DNA of 64,000 bases. Source: a virus (taxonomy: Duplodnaviria; Caudoviricetes). The position numbers were made by a program, and so were the translations under genes. The stretch is from the IMG/VR virus record IMGVR_UViG_3300009161_003648, positions 21,708 to 85,707 of that record; one strand, written 5' to 3'. This document shows positions 39,964 to 49,715 of this stretch, in pieces. The notes beneath the pieces are model-generated. The model saw nothing but the letters and a program-made list of their open reading frames with translations. It was not told the origin of the DNA and searched no databases. The stretch's first letter is position 1; every line of letters starts with the position of its first letter.

Positions 39964-41541
39964 ATGTACGATAATATACAATTAATAATACCAATGTCTG
40001 GGGTTGGAAAAAGATTTATTGAATCTGGATATACAACACCAAAACCATTAATTGAAGTTGATAAAAAACCAATAATAGAACATGTTGTAAATTTGTTCCC
40101 AAATGTAAAAGATATTACATTTATATGTAATAAAAAACATTTAAATGAAACAAACATGCGTGAAATATTATTATCTATTGCACCGTCTTGTAAAATTATT
40201 GAAGTTCCAAATGAAAATAGACGCGGACCCGTAGATGCTGTTTGTCAAATAATCGATAATATTGACGAAAATAAAGAAACAATTATTAGTTATTGTGATT
40301 ATGGTACATATTGGAATTTTGATAAGTTTATTGAAACCGCTAGAAAAGGCGATTATCAAGGTTCAATATCTTGCTATAGGGGTTTTCATCCACATATGTT
40401 AGGTTCTGATAATTATGCTTTTTGTAAAGAAGAAAATAAAGAACTTATACAGATAAAAGAAAAAGAAGCATTTACCGATAACAAAATGAATGAATTTGCT
40501 TCAAACGGTACGTATTATTTTAAAAGTGGTTCAATCGTAAAAAAATACTTTAAAGAATTAATTGATTTAGACATTAATTTAAACGGTGAATATTATGTTA
40601 GTTTAGTTTATAATTTATTGGTAAAAGATAACTTAAAAGTTAATATTTTTGAAATTGAAAATATGTTACAATGGGGTACACCGTATGATTTAGAAGTTTA
40701 TAAAGGTTGGTCAAATTATTTTAATAAGGTAAATAATAAAAATACAACTAAACATTCTTATGAATATGATGTAACAATGATTTTACCAATGGCTGGTAGA
40801 GGTAGTAGATTTACAACTGACGGATACGAATTACCAAAACCATTAATTAATATTGATGGAAAACCAATGGTGGTACAAGCAATCAATAATTTACCTAAAA
40901 CAAAAGACCATATTTTTATTTGTTTAGACGAACACATTAACGAACACGCAATAGATGAAATTTTAAAAAACGAATACCCAAAATCAAAAATTGTTTCTTT
41001 AGATAAAACAACTGAAGGACAAGCATGTACATGTGAAATTGGTATGTTAGAAACAAATATTGATTTAGAAAAACCAATTTTAATTTCAGCATGCGATAAC
41101 GGTGTTTTATATAATGAAGATAAATTTAATGAACTATATTTAGACGAATCTATCGATGTTATTGTTTGGTCTTTTAGAAACAATCAGACTAGCAAAGTAA
41201 ACCCAAATATGTACGCTTGGTTAGACGTTGATAAAAATGACTTTATTAAATATGTTTCATGTAAAAATTTTATATATGATGACCCATTAAAAACACACGC
41301 AATTATTGGTACAATGTTTTTTAGAAAAGGTAAATATTTTATAGATAATTTAAAATTAAATTACGAAAAAAATATAAGGGTTAATAATGAATTTTATGTT
41401 GATGACGTATTAAATCGTTGTATTGAAAACAATTTAAAAGTTAAGGTTTTTGAGGTTGAAAACTATATTTGTTGGGGCACACCAGACGATTATAAAACAT
41501 ACAATTATTGGAAAGATTATTTTAACAAAATTAAAAAATAA
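39964..41541 (+). CDS. Tandem two-domain NDP-sugar nucleotidyltransferase
   Basis: Two copies of the signature: IPMSGVGKRF..GY..PKPLI and LPMAGRGSRF..GY..PKPLI; each ends in WGTP.D. Confidence 0.85.
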   Translation: MYDNIQLIIPMSGVGKRFIESGYTTPKPLIEVDKKPIIEHVVNLFPNVKDITFICNKKHLNETNMREILLSIAPSCKIIEVPNENRRGPVDAVCQIIDNIDENKETIISYCDYGTYWNFDKFIETARKGDYQGSISCYRGFHPHMLGSDNYAFCKEENKELIQIKEKEAFTDNKMNEFASNGTYYFKSGSIVKKYFKELIDLDINLNGEYYVSLVYNLLVKDNLKVNIFEIENMLQWGTPYDLEVYKGWSNYFNKVNNKNTTKHSYEYDVTMILPMAGRGSRFTTDGYELPKPLINIDGKPMVVQAINNLPKTKDHIFICLDEHINEHAIDEILKNEYPKSKIVSLDKTTEGQACTCEIGMLETNIDLEKPILISACDNGVLYNEDKFNELYLDESIDVIVWSFRNNQTSKVNPNMYAWLDVDKNDFIKYVSCKNFIYDDPLKTHAIIGTMFFRKGKYFIDNLKLNYEKNIRVNNEFYVDDVLNRCIENNLKVKVFEVENYICWGTPDDYKTYNYWKDYFNKIKK

Positions 41542-41547
41542 AAAAAA

Positions 41548-42531
41548 ATGGATAAAAAAATTGGATTAATTATTGGTGCCAACGGGCAAGATGCATCATA
41601 CTTAGCTGAATTTTTGATTGAAAAAGATTATATTGTTCATGGAACAATAAGAAGAAATTCAGTACCTGAATCACAAACAACAAGAATTCAACATTTACAC
41701 AATACACAAGCTATATCATTACACTATATGGATTTAACAGACCCACTTAGTGTTGAGAAAATTATAAGTGATATTAAACCAGATGAAATATATCATCTTG
41801 CGGCGCAAAGTCATGTACAAATAAGTTTTGAGTTACCAAAATACACTTTAGATGTTAATGCTGGTGGTACATTAGCAATACTTGAGGCTGTTAGAAAGTT
41901 TTCACCTAATTCAAAAGTTTATCACGCGGCAACCTCAGAAATGTTTGGTAATGCATGTGATACGGATGGGTATCAAAGAGAAACAACACCTATGATGCCT
42001 GTATCACCATATGGTTGTAGTAAACTATATGCACATACTCTTTGTCATAATTATAGAAATGCTTACGATTTATTTATCTGTTCTGGAATTTTGTTCAATC
42101 ACGAAAGCCCAAGAAGAGGTATTAATTTTGTCACAAATAAAGTAGTTTTAGAAGCGGTAAAAATAAAATTAGGGTTATCAAATGAATTAGTTTTAGGTAA
42201 TTTAAGCTCAATGAGAGATTGGGGTCATGCTAAGGATTATATCAAAGGAATGTGGTTAATGTTACAACAAGAGACACCAGATGACTACGTATTGGCTACT
42301 GGAATATCTAAAAGTGTAAATGAATTAATCGATTATGTTTTTAACAAATTGGAATTAAATCGTGAAAAGTATGTAAAAACTGATAAAAAATTTGAAAGGG
42401 CGGAAGAATTAAATTATTTAAGAGGTGATGCTAGCAAAGCGATTACCAAACTAGGCTGGAAATATGAATATACCTTTGAATTAATGATGGATGAAATGAT
42501 TAATTATTGGCTTGAAAAATTAAAAAAATAA
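41548..42531 (+). CDS. gmd: GDP-mannose 4,6-dehydratase
   Basis: GANGQDASYL, LAAQSHVQISF, TSEMFG, PVSPYGCSK, GILFNHESPRRG..FVT.K, RDWGHAKDY. Confidence 0.95.
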   Translation: MDKKIGLIIGANGQDASYLAEFLIEKDYIVHGTIRRNSVPESQTTRIQHLHNTQAISLHYMDLTDPLSVEKIISDIKPDEIYHLAAQSHVQISFELPKYTLDVNAGGTLAILEAVRKFSPNSKVYHAATSEMFGNACDTDGYQRETTPMMPVSPYGCSKLYAHTLCHNYRNAYDLFICSGILFNHESPRRGINFVTNKVVLEAVKIKLGLSNELVLGNLSSMRDWGHAKDYIKGMWLMLQQETPDDYVLATGISKSVNELIDYVFNKLELNREKYVKTDKKFERAEELNYLRGDASKAITKLGWKYEYTFELMMDEMINYWLEKLKK

Positions 42532-42568
42532 TAAATCGGTTATATTAAGATATTTATTGTTAAAATAC

Positions 42569-43435
42569 ATGAACAAAAAAACCACAGATAGAAAACCAAA
42601 AACAAGAAGAAATGCCGATATTGAACTATCGGCATTTTCTGAATCTAACGGTGAAACAACCCCAAAAAAAGAAGTTTTATCAACAATAAGACTTGAAATA
42701 AAACATAAAAACGAAACACAAAAAAAGTTAACACAAGCAATAAAAAAGAACGATGTTACAATATGTGCTGGTCCCGCTGGTACAGGAAAAACCCTACTTA
42801 GTGTATTTGAGGCGTTGTTATTATTGAAAACCTATCCAGAAATATATAAAGAAATCAAGTTGGTTAAATCAATAACACAACTTAAAAATGAAGACCTTGG
42901 TATACTGCCTGGCGATGAGAAAGAAAAAATGAAATTTCTTATGATGTCTTATTTAGACGCTTTTTATAAAATTATTGGTGAGGGTCTTACAAATAGACTA
43001 ATTGATTCTGGATTAATTAAAATGGAGGTCTTTGGCGCTATACGTGGTAGGTCTTTTACAAATTGTATTATATTAATTGATGAATTTCAGAACATTAACC
43101 ACGATAATGCAAAAACATTCCTAACTAGATTTTCAGACGATACTAAGGTTATTGTTTTAGGTGATACGGGACAAATTGATTTAAAAAATAAAAAAGATAG
43201 TTCATTAGAAAGGCTAATTGAAAGAGTAAAATCAACACCAATTGACGGTGTTGGGGTTATTGAATTTAACGAATCTGAAACAGTTAGGCATAGACTTACT
43301 AGCTACTTTATTAATGTATTTAAAGAACCAGAACAACCCAAACCGCAACCACAACAAAATAAAAAAAATACAAAAAAATCTATTTTTAAAAGTTTTATCG
43401 ATTTATTTAAAAATAACTTGACTTTATTCTTATAA
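42569..43435 (+). CDS. phoH: PhoH-family ATPase (likely start 42569)
   Basis: GPAGTGKT, LGILPGD..EK, IRGRSF, IDEFQN, LTR...KVIVLGD..QID, VRH. Confidence 0.9.
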   Translation: MNKKTTDRKPKTRRNADIELSAFSESNGETTPKKEVLSTIRLEIKHKNETQKKLTQAIKKNDVTICAGPAGTGKTLLSVFEALLLLKTYPEIYKEIKLVKSITQLKNEDLGILPGDEKEKMKFLMMSYLDAFYKIIGEGLTNRLIDSGLIKMEVFGAIRGRSFTNCIILIDEFQNINHDNAKTFLTRFSDDTKVIVLGDTGQIDLKNKKDSSLERLIERVKSTPIDGVGVIEFNESETVRHRLTSYFINVFKEPEQPKPQPQQNKKNTKKSIFKSFIDLFKNNLTLFL

Positions 43436-43445
43436 TTGCTATTAT
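43418..43445 (+). promoter_or_regulatory. Sigma70-like promoter
   Basis: TTGACT-N16-TATTAT upstream of 43452. Confidence 0.55.
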
Positions 43446-43451
43446 TCTACC

Positions 43452-44054
43452 ATGAATATAGGTATATCAATAAATGAAGTTTTAAGAGATTTTTTAGGTC
43501 AGTTATTATACACATATGACAAGTATATTGAAAAAACTGATATTAAAGAAACAGAAATTACTAGTCTAAACTTAACAGAATTTTTAAAATTCGAAAACGT
43601 AGACGAATGTAATAAGTTTCTATATTTAGAAGCACCCCTAGAAATCTTTGGCCATGCAGATTTAAAATTTGATGGCGTAATGGCTCACTTTAATAATCTT
43701 TTAATGGATATTAAAGACGAGGAAGAACACCAAATTATTTTGGTTAGTAAAGAAATAAATAAAAGTATTCCATCAACATTTTTCTTTTTATCTAAAACTG
43801 GATGCAGGGCCGAAAAAATAAATTTTGTTCAAAATGCAATGAACGAATGGGACAATGTTGATTTACTAATTACCGCCAACCCAGATGCGCTTAAAAATAA
43901 ACCAAACGGAAAAATCAGTGTAAAGGTTAAAGCGCCATACAACGAAAATGTATCTGCCGATTACGAAATCGATTCTATTTTAGATTTTATTAAAGACCAA
44001 GAATTAAGAGATAAAATCATAAATTCAAAAATAACAACTTACGAAGAAATTTAA
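43452..44054 (+). CDS. Degenerate HAD / 5'(3')-deoxyribonucleotidase-like protein
   Basis: IGISINEVLRDF resembles GxDxDGVLRDF but lacks the catalytic Asp pair; C-terminal PYNE motif. Confidence 0.5.
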   Translation: MNIGISINEVLRDFLGQLLYTYDKYIEKTDIKETEITSLNLTEFLKFENVDECNKFLYLEAPLEIFGHADLKFDGVMAHFNNLLMDIKDEEEHQIILVSKEINKSIPSTFFFLSKTGCRAEKINFVQNAMNEWDNVDLLITANPDALKNKPNGKISVKVKAPYNENVSADYEIDSILDFIKDQELRDKIINSKITTYEEI

Positions 44055-44057
44055 ACT

Positions 44058-44417
44058 ATGTTAGAATTTGGAGACTCAGTCTTTTATATAGACTTAAAAG
44101 CTTTTGATAAAGCCATTACAATTATTGACGGCAAAAACCCAGAAGACTTAAATGTTGAAACAGAAACAAAAACAACACTAAATGAAAAAGGTGAGGTTTT
44201 AATGAGCGAAATATTTCAACGAACAAGTCAAAGAGGTAAAGAAATTGATGCAACAAAATATGATTTACTTAAAACATTCATTGAGTATATTATAGATTAC
44301 GAAGACGAAAGCGACGATACACTAGGTGCCGATAGAGCTTTATCTCAATCACCTCTAGGATATAAAATAGTATTTAATACCTTATTAAAGGAAAACATAT
44401 TAAAAGAAAAACCATAA
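44058..44417 (+). CDS. Hypothetical protein
   Basis: 119 aa acidic ORF in the operon. Confidence 0.5.
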   Translation: MLEFGDSVFYIDLKAFDKAITIIDGKNPEDLNVETETKTTLNEKGEVLMSEIFQRTSQRGKEIDATKYDLLKTFIEYIIDYEDESDDTLGADRALSQSPLGYKIVFNTLLKENILKEKP

Positions 44418-44441
44418 TAAAAAATAAAAATAAAAAAACAA

Positions 44442-45563
44442 ATGGTAGACGAAAAAACAAAACAAGTTAATGAAATTATTGAGAAATTAGACAAAAAAGA
44501 TTTTAGTCTATATTTTTTCACACTTGACACAAAGGGTAACCCAACTGCAGGTATTGCAAACATTTACGAACACGTTAAAGTATTAAACGAATTGGGTTAC
44601 AATGCAAAAATTTTGCATGAGAAAAATGATTATAAATTAAAAGGTGATGAATCTGGCATGGGTATTGCCGATTGGTTAGGTGAAGAATACGCTGCGTTAC
44701 CACACGCATCTATTGAAAACCAAAATTTAAATGTTTCACCAGCTGATTTTATTGTAATTCCAGAAATATTCCCAACACTAATGGACCAAATTAAAGGGTT
44801 TCCGTGTAGAAAAATTGTATTGTCTCAGTGTTATGATTATTTATTGGACCTTTTACCAATCGGTAAAAGATGGGAAACCGATTATGGTTTTGGGCATGTA
44901 ATTACAACTAGTGATAAACAAGCTAATTACCTAAAAAGTCTTTTCCCAGCAATTAAAACACACACAGTACCTGTATCAATCCCTAGTTATTTTAAACAAA
45001 ATGAAAAACCAAAAATTCCTGTAATCGCAATCTTAACAAGAAACCAAGGCGATGCAGCTAAGCTGGCTAAATCATTTTATTTGCAATACCCTATCTACAA
45101 ATGGGTTAGCTTTAAAGAATTAAGAGGCCTATCTAGACAACAATTTGCGGATGAATTATCTAAATGTTGTTTAGCTGTTTGGGTTGATGACAATTCTGGA
45201 TTTGGAACATTCCCAATTGAATCAATGGAATGTGGTACGCCAGTTATTGGTAAAATACCAAACATGGTTCCAGAATGGATGGAAACAATTGACGAAACTG
45301 GAAACCAAATTATTAATAATAATGGGGTTTGGACAAATACAACAATTAATATCCCTGAATTGATTGCAACATATATGAAAGTTTGGTTTGAGGACTCAGT
45401 ACCATCAGAACTAATGGAATCAATAAAAAAATCTACAGGGTTATATACACCTGAAAAACAAAGACAAGCAATTGAAAGTGTATACGCTAAATTGATTGCG
45501 GAAAGAAAAGAAGAATTTAATAACATTTTAAAAGCTCAAGAAGCTGTAACAGAAAACAAATAA
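44442..45563 (+). CDS. GT-B-like glycosyltransferase
   Basis: IYEHVKVL..LGY.A, FIVIPE, FGTFPIESMECGTPVIG. Confidence 0.75.
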   Translation: MVDEKTKQVNEIIEKLDKKDFSLYFFTLDTKGNPTAGIANIYEHVKVLNELGYNAKILHEKNDYKLKGDESGMGIADWLGEEYAALPHASIENQNLNVSPADFIVIPEIFPTLMDQIKGFPCRKIVLSQCYDYLLDLLPIGKRWETDYGFGHVITTSDKQANYLKSLFPAIKTHTVPVSIPSYFKQNEKPKIPVIAILTRNQGDAAKLAKSFYLQYPIYKWVSFKELRGLSRQQFADELSKCCLAVWVDDNSGFGTFPIESMECGTPVIGKIPNMVPEWMETIDETGNQIINNNGVWTNTTINIPELIATYMKVWFEDSVPSELMESIKKSTGLYTPEKQRQAIESVYAKLIAERKEEFNNILKAQEAVTENK

Positions 45564-45572
45564 TTTAAAAAT

Positions 45573-46376
45573 ATGGAAAAAAATAAATCAAACATTTCAG
45601 TAATTCTACCAGTACACGAATTAACAGAAGAAACAAAACCAATGTTTTTAAACGCCGTAAAAAGCGTTGAACAACAAACAGTAACACCTGACGAATTACT
45701 TATTGTAATTCCAAAAGGAAGTGATGTTGCTAAGTATCTTAAAACAGTAGATTTTGGTGAAATAAAAAGTATTGTATCTATCCATGAAAATGACGGAGAA
45801 ACTGATTTTGCTAGCCAAGTAAATTTTGGTGCATCTAAAGCAAAATCTGAATGGATTTCACTTTTAGAATTGGATGACGAATATTCTAGCATTTGGTTTA
45901 AAAATGTTGTTGAGTACAGAAAGACTCATCCAAATGTTGAACTTTTCATGCCACTTGTTGTTGACGTTGATTCAAATGGTTCTTTTATTGGTTTTACTAA
46001 TGAAGCTGTTTGGGCCACAGGTTTTTCAGATGAGTTAGGTGTATTAGATTTGAATGCTTTATTAATGTACCAGAATTTTAATATTGATGGTATCGTTGTT
46101 AAAAAATCTACATTTGAAACTTATGGTGGATTTAAACCTAGTATTAAATTAACATTTATTTATGAGTTCTTATTAAGAATGACATTTAAAGATGTTAAAG
46201 TTATGACAATCCCTAGATTCGGATACAAACACGTAAATCAAAGACCTGGTTCTTTATTTGATAGCTATAAAAATACAATTGACCCAGCCGAAGCAAGATG
46301 GTGGTTAAGTCAAGCAAAAAAAGAATATTATTTTGAAAAAGACAGGAAAATAACATATGAAACACAAAAAGTGTAA
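45573..46376 (+). CDS. GT2-family glycosyltransferase
   Basis: ISVILPV, A..SV..Q, VNFGA..AKSEWISLLELDDE, EFLLRM. Confidence 0.85.
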   Translation: MEKNKSNISVILPVHELTEETKPMFLNAVKSVEQQTVTPDELLIVIPKGSDVAKYLKTVDFGEIKSIVSIHENDGETDFASQVNFGASKAKSEWISLLELDDEYSSIWFKNVVEYRKTHPNVELFMPLVVDVDSNGSFIGFTNEAVWATGFSDELGVLDLNALLMYQNFNIDGIVVKKSTFETYGGFKPSIKLTFIYEFLLRMTFKDVKVMTIPRFGYKHVNQRPGSLFDSYKNTIDPAEARWWLSQAKKEYYFEKDRKITYETQKV

Positions 46377-47105
46377 ATGGTTAACAAAAGAGGACGCAAA
46401 AGAAAAAACGAAATGTATTTTGGTCCAGATGAAGAAAGAGCCGTTAACGAATATTTAGCATCTACTGATGACACAGAAAGAAACTTAATTTACAATCAAT
46501 GGTTAAAAGAACCATTAGATAAAATGATAGAATCTATTATTAGAAAGTATAAATTATATAGAAAGGGTGAAACGTTTGAGGATTTACATAGCGACACCCT
46601 TTCTTTTCTAATGACAAAAGCTCATAAGTTTGAAAATGCTAGAGGTAAAAAAGCTTATTCTTACTATGGGACAATATGCAAACATTACATATTGGGGTTA
46701 TTAATCAAGGATGAAAAACATACCAAACAAACAGCATCCTATGAAGATATATCTTCCGACATAGAACAACGTAAAGACCTAAGCTATGTTATTGATGAAG
46801 ATGATTTTTCAATGGATGAGTTTTTTAAAAAACTTACGAATGGTATTAAAGATGAATTAAATGATGAAAATTTACCACCCAAGAAAAAGCTAACCGATAA
46901 TGAAAAAAAAGTTGGCCAGTCATTAATCGAAATATTACAACATTGGGAAACATCATTTGATGCTATGAGCGGTGGTTCAAAATATAATAAAAACTCCGTA
47001 CTAGAGACCATGAGAAATTATACCAATTTATCAACAAAAGATATACGATTGGCTATGAGAAGATTTAAAGATTTATATGAATTTTTAAAATACCAAAATC
47101 CGTAA
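46377..47105 (+). CDS. gp55: Phage sigma factor, T4 gp55-like (late transcription)
   Basis: FEDLHSD...AHKF...KKAYSYYGTICKHYILGLLIKDEK parallels the region-2 pattern F...K.KNPF.YFT.I...F.R.I.KEK of gp55 homologs. Confidence 0.65.
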   Translation: MVNKRGRKRKNEMYFGPDEERAVNEYLASTDDTERNLIYNQWLKEPLDKMIESIIRKYKLYRKGETFEDLHSDTLSFLMTKAHKFENARGKKAYSYYGTICKHYILGLLIKDEKHTKQTASYEDISSDIEQRKDLSYVIDEDDFSMDEFFKKLTNGIKDELNDENLPPKKKLTDNEKKVGQSLIEILQHWETSFDAMSGGSKYNKNSVLETMRNYTNLSTKDIRLAMRRFKDLYEFLKYQNP

Positions 47106-47153
47106 GTTTAGTAAAAAAAGTCTTTTGTTAGGTATTTATATAAAAATATAACT

Positions 47154-47537
47154 ATGCCAAGAAAGAAAAAACAAGACGTAAAAGTAAATGACGTCGAAAG
47201 CCTAGAAGGTTTAATGCAAGAAACTTACAATGATGCATGCCTACAAATAAATGATGCTCAACGCGGTATAAACGAATTAGCATCAAGCGCAGTACCTCAA
47301 GACGTAGATGATTTAACAAAAATAGCCAAAGAAAAAGGTGGTTTATTAAAGGTTAAAGACTCTGCAATTAGAATTAAACTAGAATTAGCAAAATTACAAA
47401 GCGATATACTTAAAAATAGAGGTGATGCCGAAACCGCAATTCAAGAAAGAACTGACGGTAAAGCATCTCTAAATGATTTTAAATCAATTAGAGAAATGCT
47501 TAAAAACGATAAAGATATTGAAAATCAACAAGATTAA
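47154..47537 (+). CDS. Helical coiled-coil protein (possibly small terminase-like)
   Basis: 127 aa, amphipathic helices, preceded by GTATTTAT; function speculative. Confidence 0.35.
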   Translation: MPRKKKQDVKVNDVESLEGLMQETYNDACLQINDAQRGINELASSAVPQDVDDLTKIAKEKGGLLKVKDSAIRIKLELAKLQSDILKNRGDAETAIQERTDGKASLNDFKSIREMLKNDKDIENQQD

Positions 47538-47539
47538 TT

Positions 47540-49054
47540 ATGTCTGTTTTAGTTAAAAAGAAGCAAATTTTTGGGAACATAGCGGCAGACAGGACGATTA
47601 CGGAGGGTATGCCAAAATTAAAGCTAAGTTCTTCAATGCCATCTATTAATAATGGTGGTAACGTTGTTGCTTTTTTAACAGATTTAATTAAATCATTAGA
47701 AGGTTACGAATCACTTGTTGATACCGTAATCGAAACGCTTACAAAATATCTTGGTAAGCTTGAAACTGAGATTAAAAATGCGTTGCAACTAGAATTAAAA
47801 GCTATTGTAAGTTGCGGGGTAAATCCAAGCTTACCTGATTATATTAAATCAACAGGTACTGGTATAAAATTTACTGTTGATAAAATAGATTTTACACACA
47901 TATTAAAAGTTGACCCAAATTCAGAAACTGGTCAATTTATTTACACCGACTTAACACCAAACTTAATTAATAGTAAAGATTTTAATACTTTCCTATACCA
48001 AGTAATACAAAATGACGGTTCTGTTCATGGATGGGGTAATCAAACATCTGGTGCTGATATTTTAACCTTTCAATTTAAATCTGTTGACGTTAGCGGTGTT
48101 GACCCAAATAATACATTAACAATTAAAGCTGACCCAGCGTATGATAATAAATCATTAAGCGATTTAAATAATAATTTTATTAATAGTATTACACTATTCG
48201 ATTCGGCAAAATTGTTGACTAATCTTGTTGATAATATATTTGGTACTGTATCTAATATAGCAAAAACATCTAAAAACTTTTTAGAGAGCAAATCAAAAAC
48301 AAATTTTATTATAAATAAAATTACAAACACCGAAGGCAACGATATACTTTCAGATAAATTTTTTGATTTCACAAATAAAGAAAAAAAACTTTTTGAAGAA
48401 GAAGCAAATTTATTGAAACAAGGTAAAGCAATATATAAAACTGGTGGTGAATTTTATGCAAATATATCATCCGTGTCGCTAAAAAACATGACCAATTCTG
48501 TATCTGGTGCAACAACAGAAGTACAGAAAAAAGAAGCGATTAAAACCTCATTAAATAATTTAAGTAGTCAAATATCAAGCGCATCAAATAACGCTAATAA
48601 CTTAATTAATAATCGTAATAATCAGTTAAAAAAATTAAGTAATAAACTTGACTCTTTTACTAATATTAGGGTTGACCACAAAGCATTAAGTTTAAATTTT
48701 ATACAACAAATCATAAATGATTTTGTTAAAGTTATTGTTAATGTTTTATTATCGCCAAAAATTGTAACAATTTTTCTTTTAAATTTTAAAATCATATATG
48801 GCCCAAATGAAACATTTTCAGACCCTGTTGATTTTATAAAAAAGAATAGAAATTTAGTTAAAAATGTTATTAAAAGAGTGAGTGGTATAATAATAAAAAT
48901 ATTATTAGAAAAGGCTATAAAAAGAATAACACAGTTAATTGCAGAATCACAATTAAAAAAACAAATTGATAAAAACAAATCAAATGTAACACAATTGCTA
49001 AGTTTAGTTGGCGTTCCGCAAGATGTACTTAGACAAATAAAAGGACTTATATGA
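47540..49054 (+). CDS. Hypothetical virion/baseplate-region protein
   Basis: 504 aa, upstream of the gp5-like gene. Confidence 0.45.
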   Translation: MSVLVKKKQIFGNIAADRTITEGMPKLKLSSSMPSINNGGNVVAFLTDLIKSLEGYESLVDTVIETLTKYLGKLETEIKNALQLELKAIVSCGVNPSLPDYIKSTGTGIKFTVDKIDFTHILKVDPNSETGQFIYTDLTPNLINSKDFNTFLYQVIQNDGSVHGWGNQTSGADILTFQFKSVDVSGVDPNNTLTIKADPAYDNKSLSDLNNNFINSITLFDSAKLLTNLVDNIFGTVSNIAKTSKNFLESKSKTNFIINKITNTEGNDILSDKFFDFTNKEKKLFEEEANLLKQGKAIYKTGGEFYANISSVSLKNMTNSVSGATTEVQKKEAIKTSLNNLSSQISSASNNANNLINNRNNQLKKLSNKLDSFTNIRVDHKALSLNFIQQIINDFVKVIVNVLLSPKIVTIFLLNFKIIYGPNETFSDPVDFIKKNRNLVKNVIKRVSGIIIKILLEKAIKRITQLIAESQLKKQIDKNKSNVTQLLSLVGVPQDVLRQIKGLI

Positions 49055-49500
49055 GCGACGTTAATACAGGTAAAAAATCAGAATTTACTACAGATAACTT
49101 GAATTTCAATTCAATTAATAGTGTTTTAAATTTAATATTGGCAGCATTTAAAATACCTAAACCACCAGTTACACCATTACCACCACCATTATTATTAAGT
49201 GGTGGTCAATTACGCCCAGGCGTAACCTCAACCGAAATTGCATCTAGAATAATATCTAGACAATCTGAATCTGGTGCTGTTGTTGGTGATGTTTTTGCTG
49301 ACGGTAACAATATTGCGGAAGCAATGGAATTAATTAGAATTGAAGAAATAATGAACGCGCTACTAACCGAAGGCAAAATAGAAATTGTGATACCTCCTGG
49401 GATACCAGTTGTAACAACGGGAATTGGAAACCTAGGTGCACCTGTTGTTTCATTTGGCATTACAACATCTTTTGCATCTGGATGGGGTGTTTTACGTTAA
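49051..49500 (+). CDS. Hypothetical baseplate-region protein
   Basis: 149 aa, Pro/Gly-rich termini. Confidence 0.4.
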   Translation: MSDVNTGKKSEFTTDNLNFNSINSVLNLILAAFKIPKPPVTPLPPPLLLSGGQLRPGVTSTEIASRIISRQSESGAVVGDVFADGNNIAEAMELIRIEEIMNALLTEGKIEIVIPPGIPVVTTGIGNLGAPVVSFGITTSFASGWGVLR

Positions 49501-49510
49501 AAAATTTTTT

Positions 49511-49714
49511 ATGAATATAAATGAAAAAAAATCTTTTTTTGATGAATTAGATGAGAAATCTAATAATGAAATTCTATTTGAAATTAAACAAATGGAAGCT
49601 GACCATGAAGCATTAAAATTAAAGATGATAAAAGACTACGATAAATTAGTCGAAATAGAAAAAAAATTTGAAAAAGCAAATTTAATTTTACTTAAAAGAT
49701 TAAAAGGAGAATAA
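49511..49714 (+). CDS. Small coiled-coil protein (likely start 49511)
   Basis: MNINEKKSFF..., 67 aa heptad pattern. Confidence 0.5.
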   Translation: MNINEKKSFFDELDEKSNNEILFEIKQMEADHEALKLKMIKDYDKLVEIEKKFEKANLILLKRLKGE

Positions 49715-49715
49715 T

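Noticed and set aside
19484-42531. Bacterial O-antigen/capsule locus or a giant-virus (NCLDV) origin for the window
   Set aside because: Flanked on both sides by T4-like phage genes with the same start-codon style and GATC avoidance; no flippase or polymerase; capsid, portal, protease and terminase are caudoviral
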